The notes beneath the pieces are model-generated. The model saw only the letters and a program-made list of their open reading frames with translations. It was not told the DNA's origin and ran no database searches. From the NCBI RefSeq assembly GCF_009914755.1, contig NC_060936.1: 64,000 nt of DNA; one strand, 5' to 3'. Of this stretch, positions 13,201 to 27,941 are shown piece by piece. Origin of the DNA: the human T2T-CHM13v2.0 reference genome, Homo sapiens. The translations under genes and the position numbers were made by a program. Each line of letters begins with the position of its first letter. Position 1 is the first letter of the stretch.

Positions 13201-14848
13201 CACCAAAATTATTGTTATGTTTCCTTGCATAACTTTTTTTTTTCTATTCTTTACAAGCGTAAGTCTCAAAGCAGTGGGGATATGCCCCATATCCAGTACA
13301 TGAGGGAATTGAAAACCTTGTGACATAATTGCAAACGGGTGAGTGGTAGAAAGGAAAAAATGAAAAATATAATGAAGATTACAACTCAGAGTCTTCATTT
13401 AGTTTGGTGTTTCATGAGGGCTTGTTCAAAGAAGTTACATTTAGGCTTATAAATATGTGGTTTCTGAAATTATAAACTCTTGTCTTACACACCATTAATC
13501 CTGAAGAAAATACAACTTTCTAATAAGAAACATCTCTCAACTAGACAAAACATGCTGCAGACAGCTCCTTCTCAGATGAGGCCAGTGACTCTCTGGTCAC
13601 TATTCATTAGAAGATGATTTGACACATATGTGTATTGGAACGACATATAATCAAATGCTCTCTAAAAGCCTTCAAGAGAGTCCCTGTCAATAAAACAGAC
13701 CTAATTGGTTGGAGACATTTGTTTTCATTTACTACATTAACAATCAAATGTGCTCTAACTCATCATCCCCAAAGGACACCAGTAAGAGTTGGCCCTGGCC
13801 TCCTAAGATTACTTCTGATTCTTGGCAGAATATAATAGACTACAGAGCATTACAAGAGACACTGTAACATCTAAAGATTTCTGTGAGATGTGCTTGATAC
13901 TATAGATAACAGATAAACTGTATCACCATTATCATAATCACTAATATTGAGTTATTTCTATGTGCCATGCACATTTTAAAGAACTACAGAAAATAATTTA
14001 TATTATTGTCTTTATTTTATCATTAACAGAAAAAAAATTTCTCAAAAAGAAAATGCTTAATGTTCCCAAGGCCACACATCTTTGAAACAGCACAATCAAT
14101 ATCCCAACCAGTTTTCTTTTTTATTATTTTTTTTACATTAAACTTTATGCATTGGCACATGACAATTTTGCTTTCTTGCAAATCTAAATTACTATTGAGG
14201 CTGCCCATACTCCAACCTTTAAAAAGGAACCTTAGAGCACAAAAAGTGAGCTAAATGTATGCAAATTTTAAAAACATTTAGGAAGTTGTGAGATCCTATG
14301 TTGGAAAACAGAATGTGACAAAACGACTGGGGTGTACTATATGACATAACCTCAGTAATATGACAAGGAGTTAAAACCTACTGACAAAACTAACTTTAGA
14401 AACAACTCTAATGAATAAAGTTGTTTCCCAACATTACTGCATTATAATCCTCCATTCATAACCACAGTTATTTGTGCCTATTCTCATTTCATATAGTCAT
14501 TACTTCCTTCTTTTCTTCTTTCTTTCCTTCTTGCCTACCAACATGCAAGTGGCTACCACGTGGTAGAAGACAAGACAAATAAATATCAGACCTATCCTTT
14601 TAATGCTTAAAACCCACTAAGAGGAGATAGATATTAGCATCAACAAGCAGAGTGACAGAAAAATGCACAACATATAGGAGGGCTACATAAAGGAATTTGC
14701 AATTAATTACTCCAATATACATAAAAGGAAGACATTAAAAGGCTACCCAGAAGGACTAATTTATATAAGGTAGACAATCCAGTTGTTTTTGTCTGTTTCT
14801 ATTAACTCTGTCACAAAAGTCATTTCAAAAAATATTTCTCATCTAGCC

Positions 14849-14871
14849 AAAAAAAAAAAAAAAAAAAAAAA
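14849..14871. repeat. Pure A23 homopolymer
   Basis: Read directly; no Alu or L1 body immediately upstream. Confidence 0.9.
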
Positions 14872-15527
14872 CCCGGGAAACCAAAAACTACATTTTTAGT
14901 CATAGGCAATGCAAACAGTAGATTTAACAGCTACAAACCTATATATACAAAAGCTTAAGTCAAATAAAGTGTATGACTCTTTCATGGAGGTCAGGATGTG
15001 GGCAGTTCCAGGTTAGTATGGTGGTCCTTCTCCATGAGGTCTCTAGGAACTCAGCCTTTTCTCCTCCTGATTCATCAATAGTATGTAGCATTGTTCTAAT
15101 GATTAAATATGTTAATTAGGTCTGGAACATATAATTCACATTCAGGTAGCAGATTGAAAAAACAGGTCTAGGAAAATGGGACAGGGATGACAGCTTACTG
15201 CCTTTCAGGGAAAGTTCCAGGAATTTGACCTATAACACTCCTATATAAAGCGTTACATACTATATACTATGTAACTAAGTATAGAGAATGTAGCATTTAT
15301 TCAGAACCACTATACACTCAGCTACAATTTTACAATATAGCTATAGGTTCTACCGCACCGACTTACGATCCAGAGGGAATTAATTTGGTCTTTCTGAACA
15401 TATTTATAAATCAACATCACCATTTTATAGCCATTACACACAGATTGTGGCTATAAAACAATGCTCCCTGGTATCACTTTATGCACTGATGAAAATTTAT
15501 AAATTTTATAATATATATCTGTATTCT

Positions 15528-15688
15528 TCAATAAAATGGCCAGTAGCCTCATGAGCTATTATTGAGCACTTGAAATGTGACTTATGTGATTAAATAACTG
15601 AAATTTTATTTGATTTGTTTTTGTTTGCTTTAAACTCAATTTCAATAGCTACATGTGGCCAGTGGCTACCATATTAACAGCATAGCTA
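15528..15688. mobile_element. hAT-Charlie MITE (MER3/MER33-like)
   Basis: tattgagcacttgaaatgtg..aactgaaattttatttg..atagctacatgtggccagtggctaccatatt. Confidence 0.75.
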
Positions 15689-16049
15689 GAAAATTTAGAA
15701 AGCTCTCATAACAATGATTGGCTAAAATTTTCTTCCCAGCATTTGATGGACCACTTACAGATTTGTTTGCTTGATTACCTGTGAAGAGCATGCTTTCCAA
15801 CTTATAGGAGACTTTTGTGATGATACATTAAACAAAACCATAGCCACAAATACGTGTTCTCTTCCTTTTTCCTATTTCCCTGTAAAGATTTTAGTCTAAA
15901 TTTCCTATAATCTTGCTGGCTTTTGTATTTCTCATTTTAAAAATTAATAAAAATTTAAAAAAGGATCCAGTATGATCCTTTGTATTAATCTGTACCAATG
16001 TCTAAAAGAAATTGGGTCCTCACCCATCCCAGTGAGTGATGCCATAGGG

Positions 16050-16490
16050 ATACATGGTAGAATTCAGCAGTAAAATCATCCTTTCCTTGGCTTTTCTTTG
16101 ATGGGAGACTTTTTGTTACTGATCAATCTCATTACTCATTAGGACTGTTCGGGTTTTCTATTCCTGTTTCAAAATTGGTAGGTCATTTGTGTCAAGGAAT
16201 TTATTTATTTATTTTTCCAGGTTTTCCAATTTGTTGGTGTATAGTTGTTAATAATAGTTTTAATGCTCTTTTTATTTCTGTGTTATCAGTTGTAATGTTT
16301 GGGTCTTCCCTTTTTTTTCCTAAGTCCATCTAGCTAATGGTGTATCGATTTTGTTTATATTTTCTAAAAACCAACTTTTCATTGTTGATCTTTTGTATTT
16401 TTGTTTCTATTTAGTTCTGCTCTGATCTTTATTATTTATTTCCTTCTACTAATTTTGGGTTGGGTTTGTACTTACTTTACTAGTTACTTG
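16050..16490 (-). mobile_element. L1 ORF2 fragment (L1M)
   Basis: tggtagaattcagcagt, ggttttccaatttgttgg, tctgctctgatctttattattt..ccttctactaattttggg are antisense L1 ORF2 sequence. Confidence 0.85.
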
Positions 16491-17227
16491 AGTTACATGT
16501 ACTTCAAAACTGAATACTGCTACATTACCTGAAATGTATTTCCAAAAAAAAAGTTTAAATAGAGAATTTTTTAATAAATTTATTCCTAAACAATTGTTAT
16601 TATTACTGAAAGTTTTTTTCTGAGGAAAATGCAGTTGAACTGATTACCGACTGCAAAAATCTAATAACTTTCATTTCAAAGAAAGCATGATGCATGCTGT
16701 CAAACATGTATTGTTCACTACACACTGTCACAAAATTCTTTTCTTGCCAGCATTCCAGAACAGATTTAAAGATAAATCAAACATTACCTGAGAATGACTG
16801 ATTTAATCAATGCTCAAATGAAAGCAAGAAGCATTTTGCCTTAAATATTACACAAGAATTCATCATAAATGCACCACATTAAGAAGTACACTGTTATATG
16901 TTAATATCATGCATGATTACTAAAGAACAATATGTTTACTATTTTTCAAAAGCCAATGACATTTCACAGAAATATAGTTCTAGAAATATTTTATTTCCCA
17001 TTAAGTTACTAGTGAAAATATTCCTGAGGTATATGGGTAGCTGTTGAAATGTCATTTGGCTTTATTTGGTCTAATAATTCATTAGCTAATATTTCAATTT
17101 GATCTAAAGGACAGACACTAGATATGAGGGGTGAGCTAATGAGTTCAAAATGGATGAACACTATGACATCCTCTTCACTGCTACCATACACGTTTCTAAA
17201 ATAACCAAAATAGGCCAATGTCTTTGT

Positions 17228-17792
17228 AGAGTTACTTATTATTGTGTGATAAATTACCACAGACTTAGAAGCCTAAAATACCACACTTTAATATCTCACA
17301 ATTACTATGAATGAGGAATCAGGCCACAATATATTTGTGTCCCCAGCAAAGCTGCATGCAAGGAAGGTGTTTTCCAGGGCTGGTTTCTCATCTAAAGGCT
17401 CAACTGGAGAAGAATTCACCTAAAGGCGAATGCTCTCATAGCTATTGGTCGCATTCAGCTCTCTATGGACTATTTGCCTGAGTATCTCTCTTTCTTACTA
17501 GGCTGCAGGCAGCCCTCAGTTCTATGCCATTTGACCCTCTTATGGAAGCTCACTCCATTACAGCTCGGTTCTACAAAGCTACTTAGGGAGAATCTCCTTG
17601 CAGGACAGGCATTATAATCTTATGTAACACAACCACGTACACATAATCAAGCACATCCTGCTTCTTTGCCATATTCTATTTTTCAGAAGCAAGCCACTGG
17701 TTTCACCCACACTCAAAGGGAGGGCATCACATAAGGTTGTGAATACTGAGAGGCAGGTATCACGAGGTCCAGCTTAGAGTCTGCTTGCTACA
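17228..17792 (-). mobile_element. MaLR LTR (MLT1F-like)
   Basis: aaattaccacagacttag..ggctcaactggagaagaattcacc..cacactcaaagggaggg..cttagagtctgcttgctaca. Confidence 0.75.
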
Positions 17793-17968
17793 ACCACTTT
17801 TAAAAATTGGTTAAAAAAACTGAAAATAGAATATTCATTTCCTACTGATAAAATTCATAATCTGGTGTCAAACGATTTTTACAGTTTCATCCTTTGTCAT
17901 TTAGACCTGTTATCTAAGTTCCAGTCACTCACTCAAATATTCTTAAAGTTTAAAAAATATCCTTCTTG

Positions 17969-18282
<314 letters not shown>

Positions 18283-20577
18283 TCAAGTATTCCATCTGTA
18301 TGAATACTTCCCTTCTCCATGTTCACAGATAACTTTCTGCACAGTATTATTTTGTTACTTTTAAGAATAAATTATATGTATTTGTTTATAGTCAATCTCT
18401 GCATCTATACTAGGAGCTCCTTTTTAAAAGTCAGGTTTCTTGCATTTACTTACACAAAATAAAATTTACTGAATACATGAATGTGTAAACGAATGGGGGG
18501 GGATATGGTTTGATAGGAAAGAAATGTCATGCTATTATTACTTAGATTTAGTGTTTTATAATGTTCTTTTTATTTTCTAGGCTTAAATATTCTAAATGTG
18601 TTAATCACCATTTTAATTTATTTATCCAAGAACTCTTTAGCAGTAATAATATGACTACTTGGTTATTACCTATATTTTTTGTTTTAAAAACTCTAAAATC
18701 CTCCTTCCCCTATAATACGCTGTTTCTTTTTGTTCTTCTGAAAGTTCTGGGTAATTGACTCATTTCAGTTACGATATTAAAAGTTCTGTTTACCAAGTTA
18801 ATATAAATTGGGAAATTTAACATAATATCCATTAGTATGACAGTATATATGACTTGACATTTGAACTCAGTAAACTTGCAAGACCGAGAAGCTCCAGAAG
18901 GTTCCAATGCTTTAATCAAAAAAAATGAGTGAAGGAATATACAGTGCTCAGGACAGTTCTTGACAGATAAGATCTATATATGGTATACAGATGAACTAAT
19001 TTTCATTCACTGATTAATTATTTAATATTATTGCATATTCTTTAATATTTTTCTAATAGTTAGAGATCCTTAAGTTTGAGAAGTCCTGATAAGATACCAA
19101 ACTTATATTTTAACCTAACAAATACTTCTTGATGTTTATAAGGATGATCATGGACTGACCACTGCTCTTAATGAATTTATGGTCTAAAAAGGCTTTTTGG
19201 TATCTACTCCTTGGTAGTCCCAGCTGCAACCTTTCTGCGGTGCAAAGGCTAAGAATGATTTAGGACCAGAAAAGGTAAAATTAAAACACTCTCTCCCATA
19301 GAATGCTCACAAACGGTTAGGAGTTCAGGTAAATTATTGCACATTTTAACTCACCTATTGGGGAACACTTCTAACTTTAGGAGAGGTGGACAGTGTGGGT
19401 CATACTTACGTGGAATGGTGGCCTAAACAAATGCTTTATATTCAGTATCCAAAGGTAAATTTTTATGGAGAAACTGAAGCAGCAAACCAGGAGCCAACGG
19501 CAGGGTAATCAATGAGTGAGCTGAACATGAAAACCAAGAATGTAAAAATATTTTTCACTTAAAGGACAACAAAGTGCCCCTGCTTTCTATTTTGGCCTCA
19601 ATTCAGACTGTCAATTTGGTCGGAAATACTAACTTATTCTAATAAGACTGAGCAGGAGTTTTTTTTAATCCTAAAATATTAAGCAAAACAAACATTGGTG
19701 GGCAAAGAAATAGACACATATATGCAACACGAAGAAAGGAATTAAAAAAAAAAGCAATGTCTTGGTGTGGCAATGATAGCTTTTCATAATTGAATATAAC
19801 TGATTTATGCATGGTCTTTAATTTTCACACAAACCTCTTAGACATTGTTACTCCCATATTGTAGTGGAAGAAACTAAGCTTCAGAATTGAGTGATTTCCT
19901 TATGACTGATGGGATTTGATCTAAGGTCTATCTGAGTCCAAAGAGTAACTTCTTCACAGCCTAACTGTGTTAGTCGAAAATGAATTAAGCCAACACTCTG
20001 TTAAGTGACAGTTTAGTCACCATAAATACATACATGCATAACCCCACAAAAAAGTCCTGAATAATACAAAGGACATCTCTACAATGTCACAGTAATTTGT
20101 AGAATCACTTGTGCAGCTGAAGGACATGTATTTGAAAGAGAAATCTCTAATATTTACAAATTCTTGTGACTCCTTTGAAAGAAGTCATTTCAAGAATATT
20201 ATTGGTAGCATTTGGAGGGTGCTGTTTGCTCCCTTGGTAGGGTATTAAAGATGTTGTGATTTAAAAGGCAGGCACAATTAAGGAGTATGTTACTAGACAA
20301 CATCGAGATTGATAAAGGTTAGTAGGTAATATGGGAAACTTTTGCCAAATGGAAATTTGCCAAAATATCCTTGGAGAGACTGTAAAAGCTACTCAAGGAA
20401 TTTGGTTTCAAGGATATTCAGAATTTTTGATTTAGTGTTCCTATTTATAATATTATATATGAAATTGAGCCATATAGTAAATGACAATGGTCTAATATTT
20501 TGAACTCCAGACACTGTATAAGGCACATATTAAAAGGCAATAAAAAACATACTACCTGCCTCCCAGGAACTCACTCT

Positions 20578-20662
20578 TTATTAGTTTCCTATGATTGCTA
20601 TGACAAATTACCACAAACTTGGTTGCTTAAAACTAAAGACATTTATTCTCTCACAGTTCTAG
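20578..20662 (-). mobile_element. MLT1 LTR terminal fragment
   Basis: tattagtttcctatgattgctatgacaaattaccacaaactt..atttattctctcacagttctaga. Confidence 0.75.
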
Positions 20663-20669
20663 ATGTGTT

Positions 20670-21760
20670 TTCTTTACATTCTTAAAAATTGAAGATCCTA
20701 ACAAACTTTTGTTTATGTGGGTGGTATCTGTTGATATTAAGACATTTAAAAATATTTATTTTTAAGTTTATGTAAAATAACAATATTAAAAAATAGTAAG
20801 CCCATTACATGTTGACCTTAATAGCCTACTTTAATTTAAAATAGTTACATTTTCCAAATTAAAATTTTATTGAAAACAGGTTTTGTTTCACATTTTAAAA
20901 AATCTCTTTACTTTCTGGCTTGAAAAGAGAGCTTCATTCTCACATCTGTTTATGTGTTCATTCCAGGTCAATGTTTTCAGTGAGCTGAATAGTGGCCATG
21001 CAAAGATATTAGGTCCTAATCTCTGGAAACTATGAGTGTTACCTCATAAGGAAAAATGATCCTTACAAATGTCATTAAGTTAAAGATCTTGACATGGGAA
21101 GATTACCCGGAATTATCTGGGTGGGCCCTGAATGTAATCACAAGTATTGTTATAAAACAGAGGCTAAGGGAGGTTTGACACAGAAGAGAAAGCAGTGTGA
21201 TCACAAAGACAGAGATTGGAATGATGCGGCTACAAGCAAAGAGATGCCTATAGTTGCCAGAAGCTGGAAGAGGCAGAAAACAGATTCTCCCTTAGAGTCT
21301 TAGAGAGAACAGGGTCTTATCAATTCCTTGATTTCGACTCAGCGATACTGTTTTTTGGTGACTTTGACATCTAGAACTTTGAGAGAATAAATGTCTTTAG
21401 TTTTAAGACATAACGTTTGTAGTAATTTGTCATAGCAACCACAGGAAACTAATACAATGTTATTTCACTTGATGTTAATGAAGAAAATGTCACCTCATAT
21501 GAATAAATAGTTGGAAAAGGACTATTTTAATAGCTTCTTAAGATAATTGCAGACCTTTAATTTGATACTATGCCAAAACTCAATAGATGGTAGTGTTTAT
21601 TAAAGGTTGTTTGTAATGTGGTGCTTAAACTTTCATACTCTGTTATTTTAAAATCCATTCATCAGTTTTGTGATTTCAATTGCTCTTTTAACCACAGATG
21701 ATTTGAAACATCCTGCATTGGTTGCTTAGAACATTTCTGTTTACTGAGTTATGAAGATCT
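20670..21760. mobile_element. hAT DNA transposon fossil (Charlie1-like), split by MLT1D
   Basis: cttttgtttatgtggg, aagcccattacatgtt, aaatctcttta..tctggctt; resumes after the LTR with tttgatacta..ccaaaactcaa..ttactgagttatg. Confidence 0.7.
20976..21456 (+). mobile_element. MaLR LTR (MLT1D-like), complete, with a 5-bp TSD
   Basis: attaagttaaagatcttga..attatctgggtgggccc..agaagctggaagaggc..ggaaactaataca. TSD atgtt at 20971-20975 and 21457-21461. Confidence 0.9.
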
Positions 21761-21775
21761 AAAATTTTATATATA

Positions 21776-22023
21776 ACTTTAATTTAAAATAGTTATATTT
21801 TCCAAATAAAAATTTTATTGAAAACAGGTTTTGTTTCACATTAAAAAAATCTCTTTAACTTTAGGCTTGAAAGGAGAGAGCTTCATTCTCAGATCTGCTT
21901 ATGTGTTCATTCTGGAACAATGTTTGCAGTAAGCTGAATAATGGTCATGCAGTCACCAGAAACTGGAAGAGGCAGGAAACAGATTCTCCCTTAGAGTCTT
22001 CAGAGAGAAGAGAGTCTTACCAA
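21776..22023 (+). repeat. Diverged local duplicate of 20828-21002 joined to 21252-21323
   Basis: Direct alignment by eye: actttaatttaaaatagtta..attttattgaaaacaggttttgtttcacatt.. and ..cagattctcccttagagtctt occur in both copies. Confidence 0.93.
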
Positions 22024-22554
22024 AAGAGTTTTCCCTTTCTCTCACAACAACATCCAAACACATGGAAAGCCCTTTAAAATACAGCATCCAATTATCATAC
22101 TATTCTTGTATTTGATCACTATATTCCAAACAACTTAAGCAACAATGAAACTAAATTTTTACTCTTTCTTGCCTTCAGTCATTTGACAAATATTGACTGC
22201 ATGACTCCTAAAAACAGACAGCACTTTACTAGGTAGTAGGCAAAGAAAAATGAATGTCTTTGAAACACTTATTTCTAACTGTGGTAGATCAGATTGTATA
22301 CCCCATTCCTCCTTCTGGGAACACCTAGACAATTTTCATGAAACATGAAGACAAACAAAAGAAAATCTCTTTGAAGGCATTGGAGAAATACCAAGACAGT
22401 CAAAACGTGCAGGGCCAACATATTTGCTAGAAGGGAAATGTAAAGAAATGAGTTTGACATTGTGTTCCTCCTTTCCTCTCATGAAATTTGCATTTGTCAA
22501 ACTGTATGAGAGAGCCCGAGAAACAAAGAACCTTTCAAAGAGCAAGTCAAACAC

Positions 22555-23650
22555 ATGTTACTAGATTCCCAGATGGAGAAGAAAAGTACATGGAGCAGAA
22601 ACAATATTTGATGAGATAATGTATGATAATTTAAAAAAATCAATTTAAGGGCATGTATTTAAGAAGAAGTAAAGGGGGTAAGATAAATTTGGAGAAGAAC
22701 ACATTGAGTTACATGAGAGTAAAATTGCTGAAAATCATAACGTAGAGAAAAATCTTAAACACAGTCAGAGGGGAAAAAAAGACTATCTTTGAAATAATGA
22801 AAGCAAGACTGGTAATTGTCTTTTAAGCAGAAATGAAAGAACTCAAAATATAATGAAATGGACTATCTTAAGGATGAAAAGTAAACAACTGTCAATTTTT
22901 AATTCTATAACCAATAAAATGGTGCTAAAAAGAAAACTTGAGATATTTACAAACAAATAAAAAAAAACTGACAAAACTAGTTAAGAGAGGACACCTAATA
23001 AAGTAGTTATTTAGGCAGATAAAAATTGATCCCAGATGAAAATATGTAAATGCAGGCAGGAATAAACAACAAAGAAACAGTAACTATGTTTATAAAGACA
23101 AATGAGTATTAACGCATAAAACAGTGATAATAACAAATTTTAGAGTTTAAAAATATGTAGAATTAAAGCATGTAACAATAAGTTCACAAAAATAGGAGAG
23201 GACTGTATTTAAGGTGTTTTAAAGCACCTAACATTGTAAAGGATGTGGTAAGAAAACAATTTATACTGCTCAAGAGATAATAATGTAAAAATAGGAAAAC
23301 TGTTTAAGTAACAAGTTCATAAAGTGAGAAAATGAATAATTAATAATACTTAGCCCAAAAGAAAGAATAAAAATGAAAAAAAAAGTTGGTAAAACCAAAT
23401 AAAAAATCAAATGGTATAAGGTAATTGTCAAATAACACATATCAATAATTATGCATATATTAAATACACTGCTGGAGAAACGATTGTCAGACTGAATAAA
23501 AACAAAACTCAGAAATATGCTGCTTTCAAGAGATACTTCTTAAAAACAATAATATCCAAAGGTTAAAAGTGAAATTATAGAAAAAAAACTCATGAAAACT
23601 CTACTCCAAAGAAATCCAGCATAAAATTTTGAAAGTAGACTTTGCAGCAA
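22555..23650 (+). mobile_element. Old L1 (L1ME/L1M5-like) ORF1 to start of ORF2, decayed
   Basis: gcagaaacaatatttgatgagataatg, agagaaaaatcttaaa, gattgtcagactgaataaaaa..atatgctgctttcaagaga (start of the endonuclease domain). Confidence 0.75.
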
Positions 23651-23654
23651 GATA

Positions 23655-24083
23655 TACATTCCATGTTCCTTGGAAAGTAGACTGTAAGATGAAAATTAGC
23701 TACAGGAGTCTTTTTTGGGTAATTCTTTTTGGATCAACGCCTGTAGGGGAAAGGAAGGAAATAGGTATAGGAAAGGGGCAAGACAGGTTATGCTACAGTT
23801 AGACAAAGGACTCAGGTGACTCCATGCAAAGAATGAAGCTGAGAAAGCTCTTGAGAGTTGCAGGAGTTGGAGTGAGGTGGCTAGACTCTTAAATTAAAAC
23901 TTTTTATCAACCAATCACTGAATGTTGGCTGTCATCAGAAAGGGGGCTTGACCTTGGGTAAGATGTCTTCCTTCAGCAGAAGGCTAAAAGTTGGAGTTGT
24001 CAATCAGGAACATTTCTAATAGCTGGGAGAATAAATCCTTTAGTCCTGATGGGGATCTAGGGAGCACAGAACAGTCAACTACA
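23655..24083 (-). mobile_element. ERVL LTR (LTR33-like)
   Basis: ggatcaacgcctgtagggg..aggggcttgaccttggg..agctgggagaataaatcctttagtcctga..actaca matches recalled antisense LTR33. Confidence 0.7.
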
Positions 24084-24129
24084 CAGGCTTTTCTTGTTTA
24101 GGAACAGACCAACAAGAAAATGGTGCCAC

Positions 24130-24315
24130 TTACATTTGTGCCAAGCTATGCTAAATCATTTATTACTTGAATTCTTATAATAATCATAAAAGATGGGCAT
24201 CCTTACCATATGCTTACAGATGAAAAATTGAGAATCTGGAAGTCAAGTATCCTTATAAGAAAAGTTAAAGCAAACCTAAGTTGATGTGACTCCCAAGTTT
24301 TAGTATTTCCACTAT
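24130..24315 (-). mobile_element. MIR SINE
   Basis: tgtgccaagctatgctaa..ttacagatgaaaaattgag..tgactcccaag. Confidence 0.6.
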
Positions 24316-25033
24316 GCTTGTAATTTGTAGCCTAGTAAGTGATTAACTCTAAGAGGAATTTGATAGTACAGATAAAAGTTTAAAAGTTGAACTGAGCTTA
24401 CTTTTAGTTTATTTTCATCTTGTTTTATTCTTTTCTGAACAAATGACACATTTATTCCATAAATAGTTCCATTTTAGTTCCATTTTAGTTTGAAGGAAAG
24501 TGATTCTATGTCTTAAAAGTACTCTAGAAGCTAGATGTAAAGTACTTTTAAATCTGGCATCATTTGATACAGGGCATCCCAAAGAAAAGCCAGTATGACT
24601 CATGCTACTAATATGGTTTTCTCTGTATCACAGAGACAATGAATCTGAGTTTCCTTTATTCTCAAGAGATTTCAAATGTGATCATTTCCAATGACTAGCC
24701 ATATTATTCCACAGCTACAATCTTAGAGCATATAGTATAAAATTGCCCAAGTATTTGGATCAAGGTATAAAATGAAGAAATCACTGTGTACTTTGGCTCA
24801 ATTTGGGAAAATTCTACAATGGTATATTAATCCTCTAATATTCTATTTATACTGAGTAGTGTAGAATTTGGAGAGAGATAGTAAAATAACCAAAAACTGG
24901 AATAAATCTATTAAAGTAGGTAACATCTCCATTAGTTTTCACCTTGGTAAATCAAAAGCAAACAAGTCAGGGTCAGCTATGGCCACTATTTCTATTAGAA
25001 TTTTGTAAGGTTAGGTATTCTCTTCAGAAATCA

Positions 25034-25113
25034 GTGTGTGTGAGTGTGTATGTGTATGTGTGTTGTGTATTGTGTGTGTATTTATGTTTGTGTGCTAGCC
25101 TTCACATGTGTGT
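25034..25113. repeat. Degenerate (TG)n tract
   Basis: gtgtgtgtgagtgtgtatgtgtatgtgtg... read directly. Confidence 0.8.
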
Positions 25114-26120
25114 AAGAACCAGAGCAAAGTGATAGCACATTTTTGAGCATCTATAAACAGGAATTTTATTTGGAGAATTATTATCTTAATATGTTTTCCC
25201 CTGTTTTCTGGAAATTGAAGAACTTCAATTCTCACTGCCTTACTGTGACAGAGATGCCATGAGGTATCTATACATATTGAAGGCTAACACAAAATCAATT
25301 GGAGTGATTATACAATTTAGCTGCATTTGTGGTGCTAATTTATTACAGGCATCTGTAAATGACTTTTTTATAAAAAATTCAAAGGCTTTGCTAAAAGCCA
25401 AATTAGGCTTGGTGGCAACACAAAAACATTATCAACAAGGGAGGTATCTAAAAGCATGAACAAACAAGGAAATATTACGTGATTTCTGGAAAGACATAAA
25501 ACCTGATATCAATTTATTAAGTGCTGACTATTGTTTTAGTTGAGATCTGAACAAAATTGTGTTGATGGTGGATTTGCCAAGTTTCTCTACTGGGATCCAA
25601 TTTACCTTTTTCCTCTTGGATACTTCTCCGACAAGGTAACTGGGGCCTGCAGTTATTAGCAAGTTACAGTTACCAAAGTTCAGTGACTGCTCAATGCAGG
25701 AGAGGTTATAAATAAAGAAAGAACATTCCTTTATATTATGGTTCCAATGCTATAAAAATTAAAAAAATAAAAATTTGGTACACTGTGAACATCAGTGAAA
25801 AGAAACAATGAAAACTAATTTGATCCAATGGCAACAATCTTCAAAATTCATAGAGAAAGCAACTAACATATTAGAGATGCTTATATTTATGCCACTGACA
25901 GTAATAACAAAAGGAGGCACTTAATGAAGAAAAAAAATTTAAAAAGACCTTTTTTTCAAAGTCATAAGTACAATTATTCATTTTATTTGAATCTGGTAAA
26001 TTCTGTCAGAGTAGTCACAGATAGAGTTTCTGTATCCTGTAGGTCCTTGCAAAATGTTAAATTTGACAGAAATTTTAAAGGTTATTTGATTTGACATCCT
26101 CATTTTAAAGAAATATACAA

Positions 26121-26524
<404 letters not shown>

Positions 26525-27941
26525 TCAATCACACTGAGCAATAGAAAATTCTTCCCTCATTTTTTTTTGTGGTAATTTTTAGCTGATAGAACTTAGTAAC
26601 TAAACAATTGATCTTTATTTAAAGGCCATAGAGAGATTTAAAGTCTTAGAATTATATCTATCATAAAACTTCAAGAAAGTTCACAAATGCAAGCCACTAC
26701 ACAAATAAAATGAACAGGCTTATAAGTAGGCTTTCAAAAAGAACATTGTTCATTCTGCATATAGCTTGAAGGGTCAATAAATTGAAGATTTATTAGATGA
26801 GAAATTCTGGTCTTTAGTCTCTACATGAAAACGCCACAATAGCTTGAGTTGAAAATCTTAGAACTAAGTATTCTTGATGCTTTCAATGCATATGAGCAGA
26901 GATATTTCTAAAGGCATTGAGGCAAGTTGACAATATTCTTTATAGATGAAATCAAGTGAGTTATATCGATTTTATTACAAATAAATTAACAACCCATTGA
27001 TATGTAAAGAGAAGGATAATGTTTGAAAGCTGGACACTAATTATCACTTAACAGTGCTCTCCAGGTATCCTTAACTCATTTATATGGCAGATTTATCATC
27101 TGTATAAACACATACATTTAGGCATTATCCATAGAAGTAATTACTTAAAATGATATAGTTGAGTTTTCTTAGAATGGTAAATGGGCAAACTGACCTATAG
27201 CAATAATCACTAATGCTGCTGGAGTCTTTGCCCTTTAGTGTTTTATACTATGCATTGTATGTAACAGCTGTAAAACAGACATGAAATAAAGAATCCAGGT
27301 GACATCATTAAAATGGAATTCAAAATGTCATCATCCTCTTCCTTCTGCAAAGTGGTTATTTGTAACTCTGTTGTAGTATGATTCAAATTAGATATACTAT
27401 ACATGATTAAAATATGTTTGTTCACAAACAGAAACATTCACATATTCACATATTCATATACTAGTCAATGTTTCACTGATTCAAAGTGATTTTTCTGACA
27501 ACCTCATGTATTTAAAGTGAAGTTGACCATAGAAGAAGGAAGAAATAATTACTTCAGGCTGGTACAATCAGGAATCACTGTATGGAGAAAACGCACCTGA
27601 CCAGGAAGCTGAAGTAGGCTTTAGATACTCAGAGACAGTAGGAAGGTATCATTCAGAGACAGTAGGAAGGCCAGAAATCAGCAGTAGCATAATCAGACAA
27701 AGCCAGCTAGGAGAAAATTATCACCTGATACCAGTCAAGTCAACCATTATGTATCCTGAAGTTATGTTGGACTAGAATAACTAATGACATTTCCCCTAAA
27801 ATTCAATCATCCTTTTAATGTTTTAACATCTGCTCAAGTCTCCATTTGTTTCTGTAGTAATCAGTGTTTGAGGATAATTTAAATTTTTTTCATATTTGTC
27901 AAAATTATTAAATGTTAAGAATGAGAAATGTTAAAAAAAAT

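Noticed and set aside
27629-27670. 18-bp direct repeat tcagagacagtaggaagg with a 6-bp spacer, and similar short duplications at 24472 and 62956
   Set aside because: Only two copies each, consistent with ordinary slippage duplications. Not a CRISPR-like or functional array.
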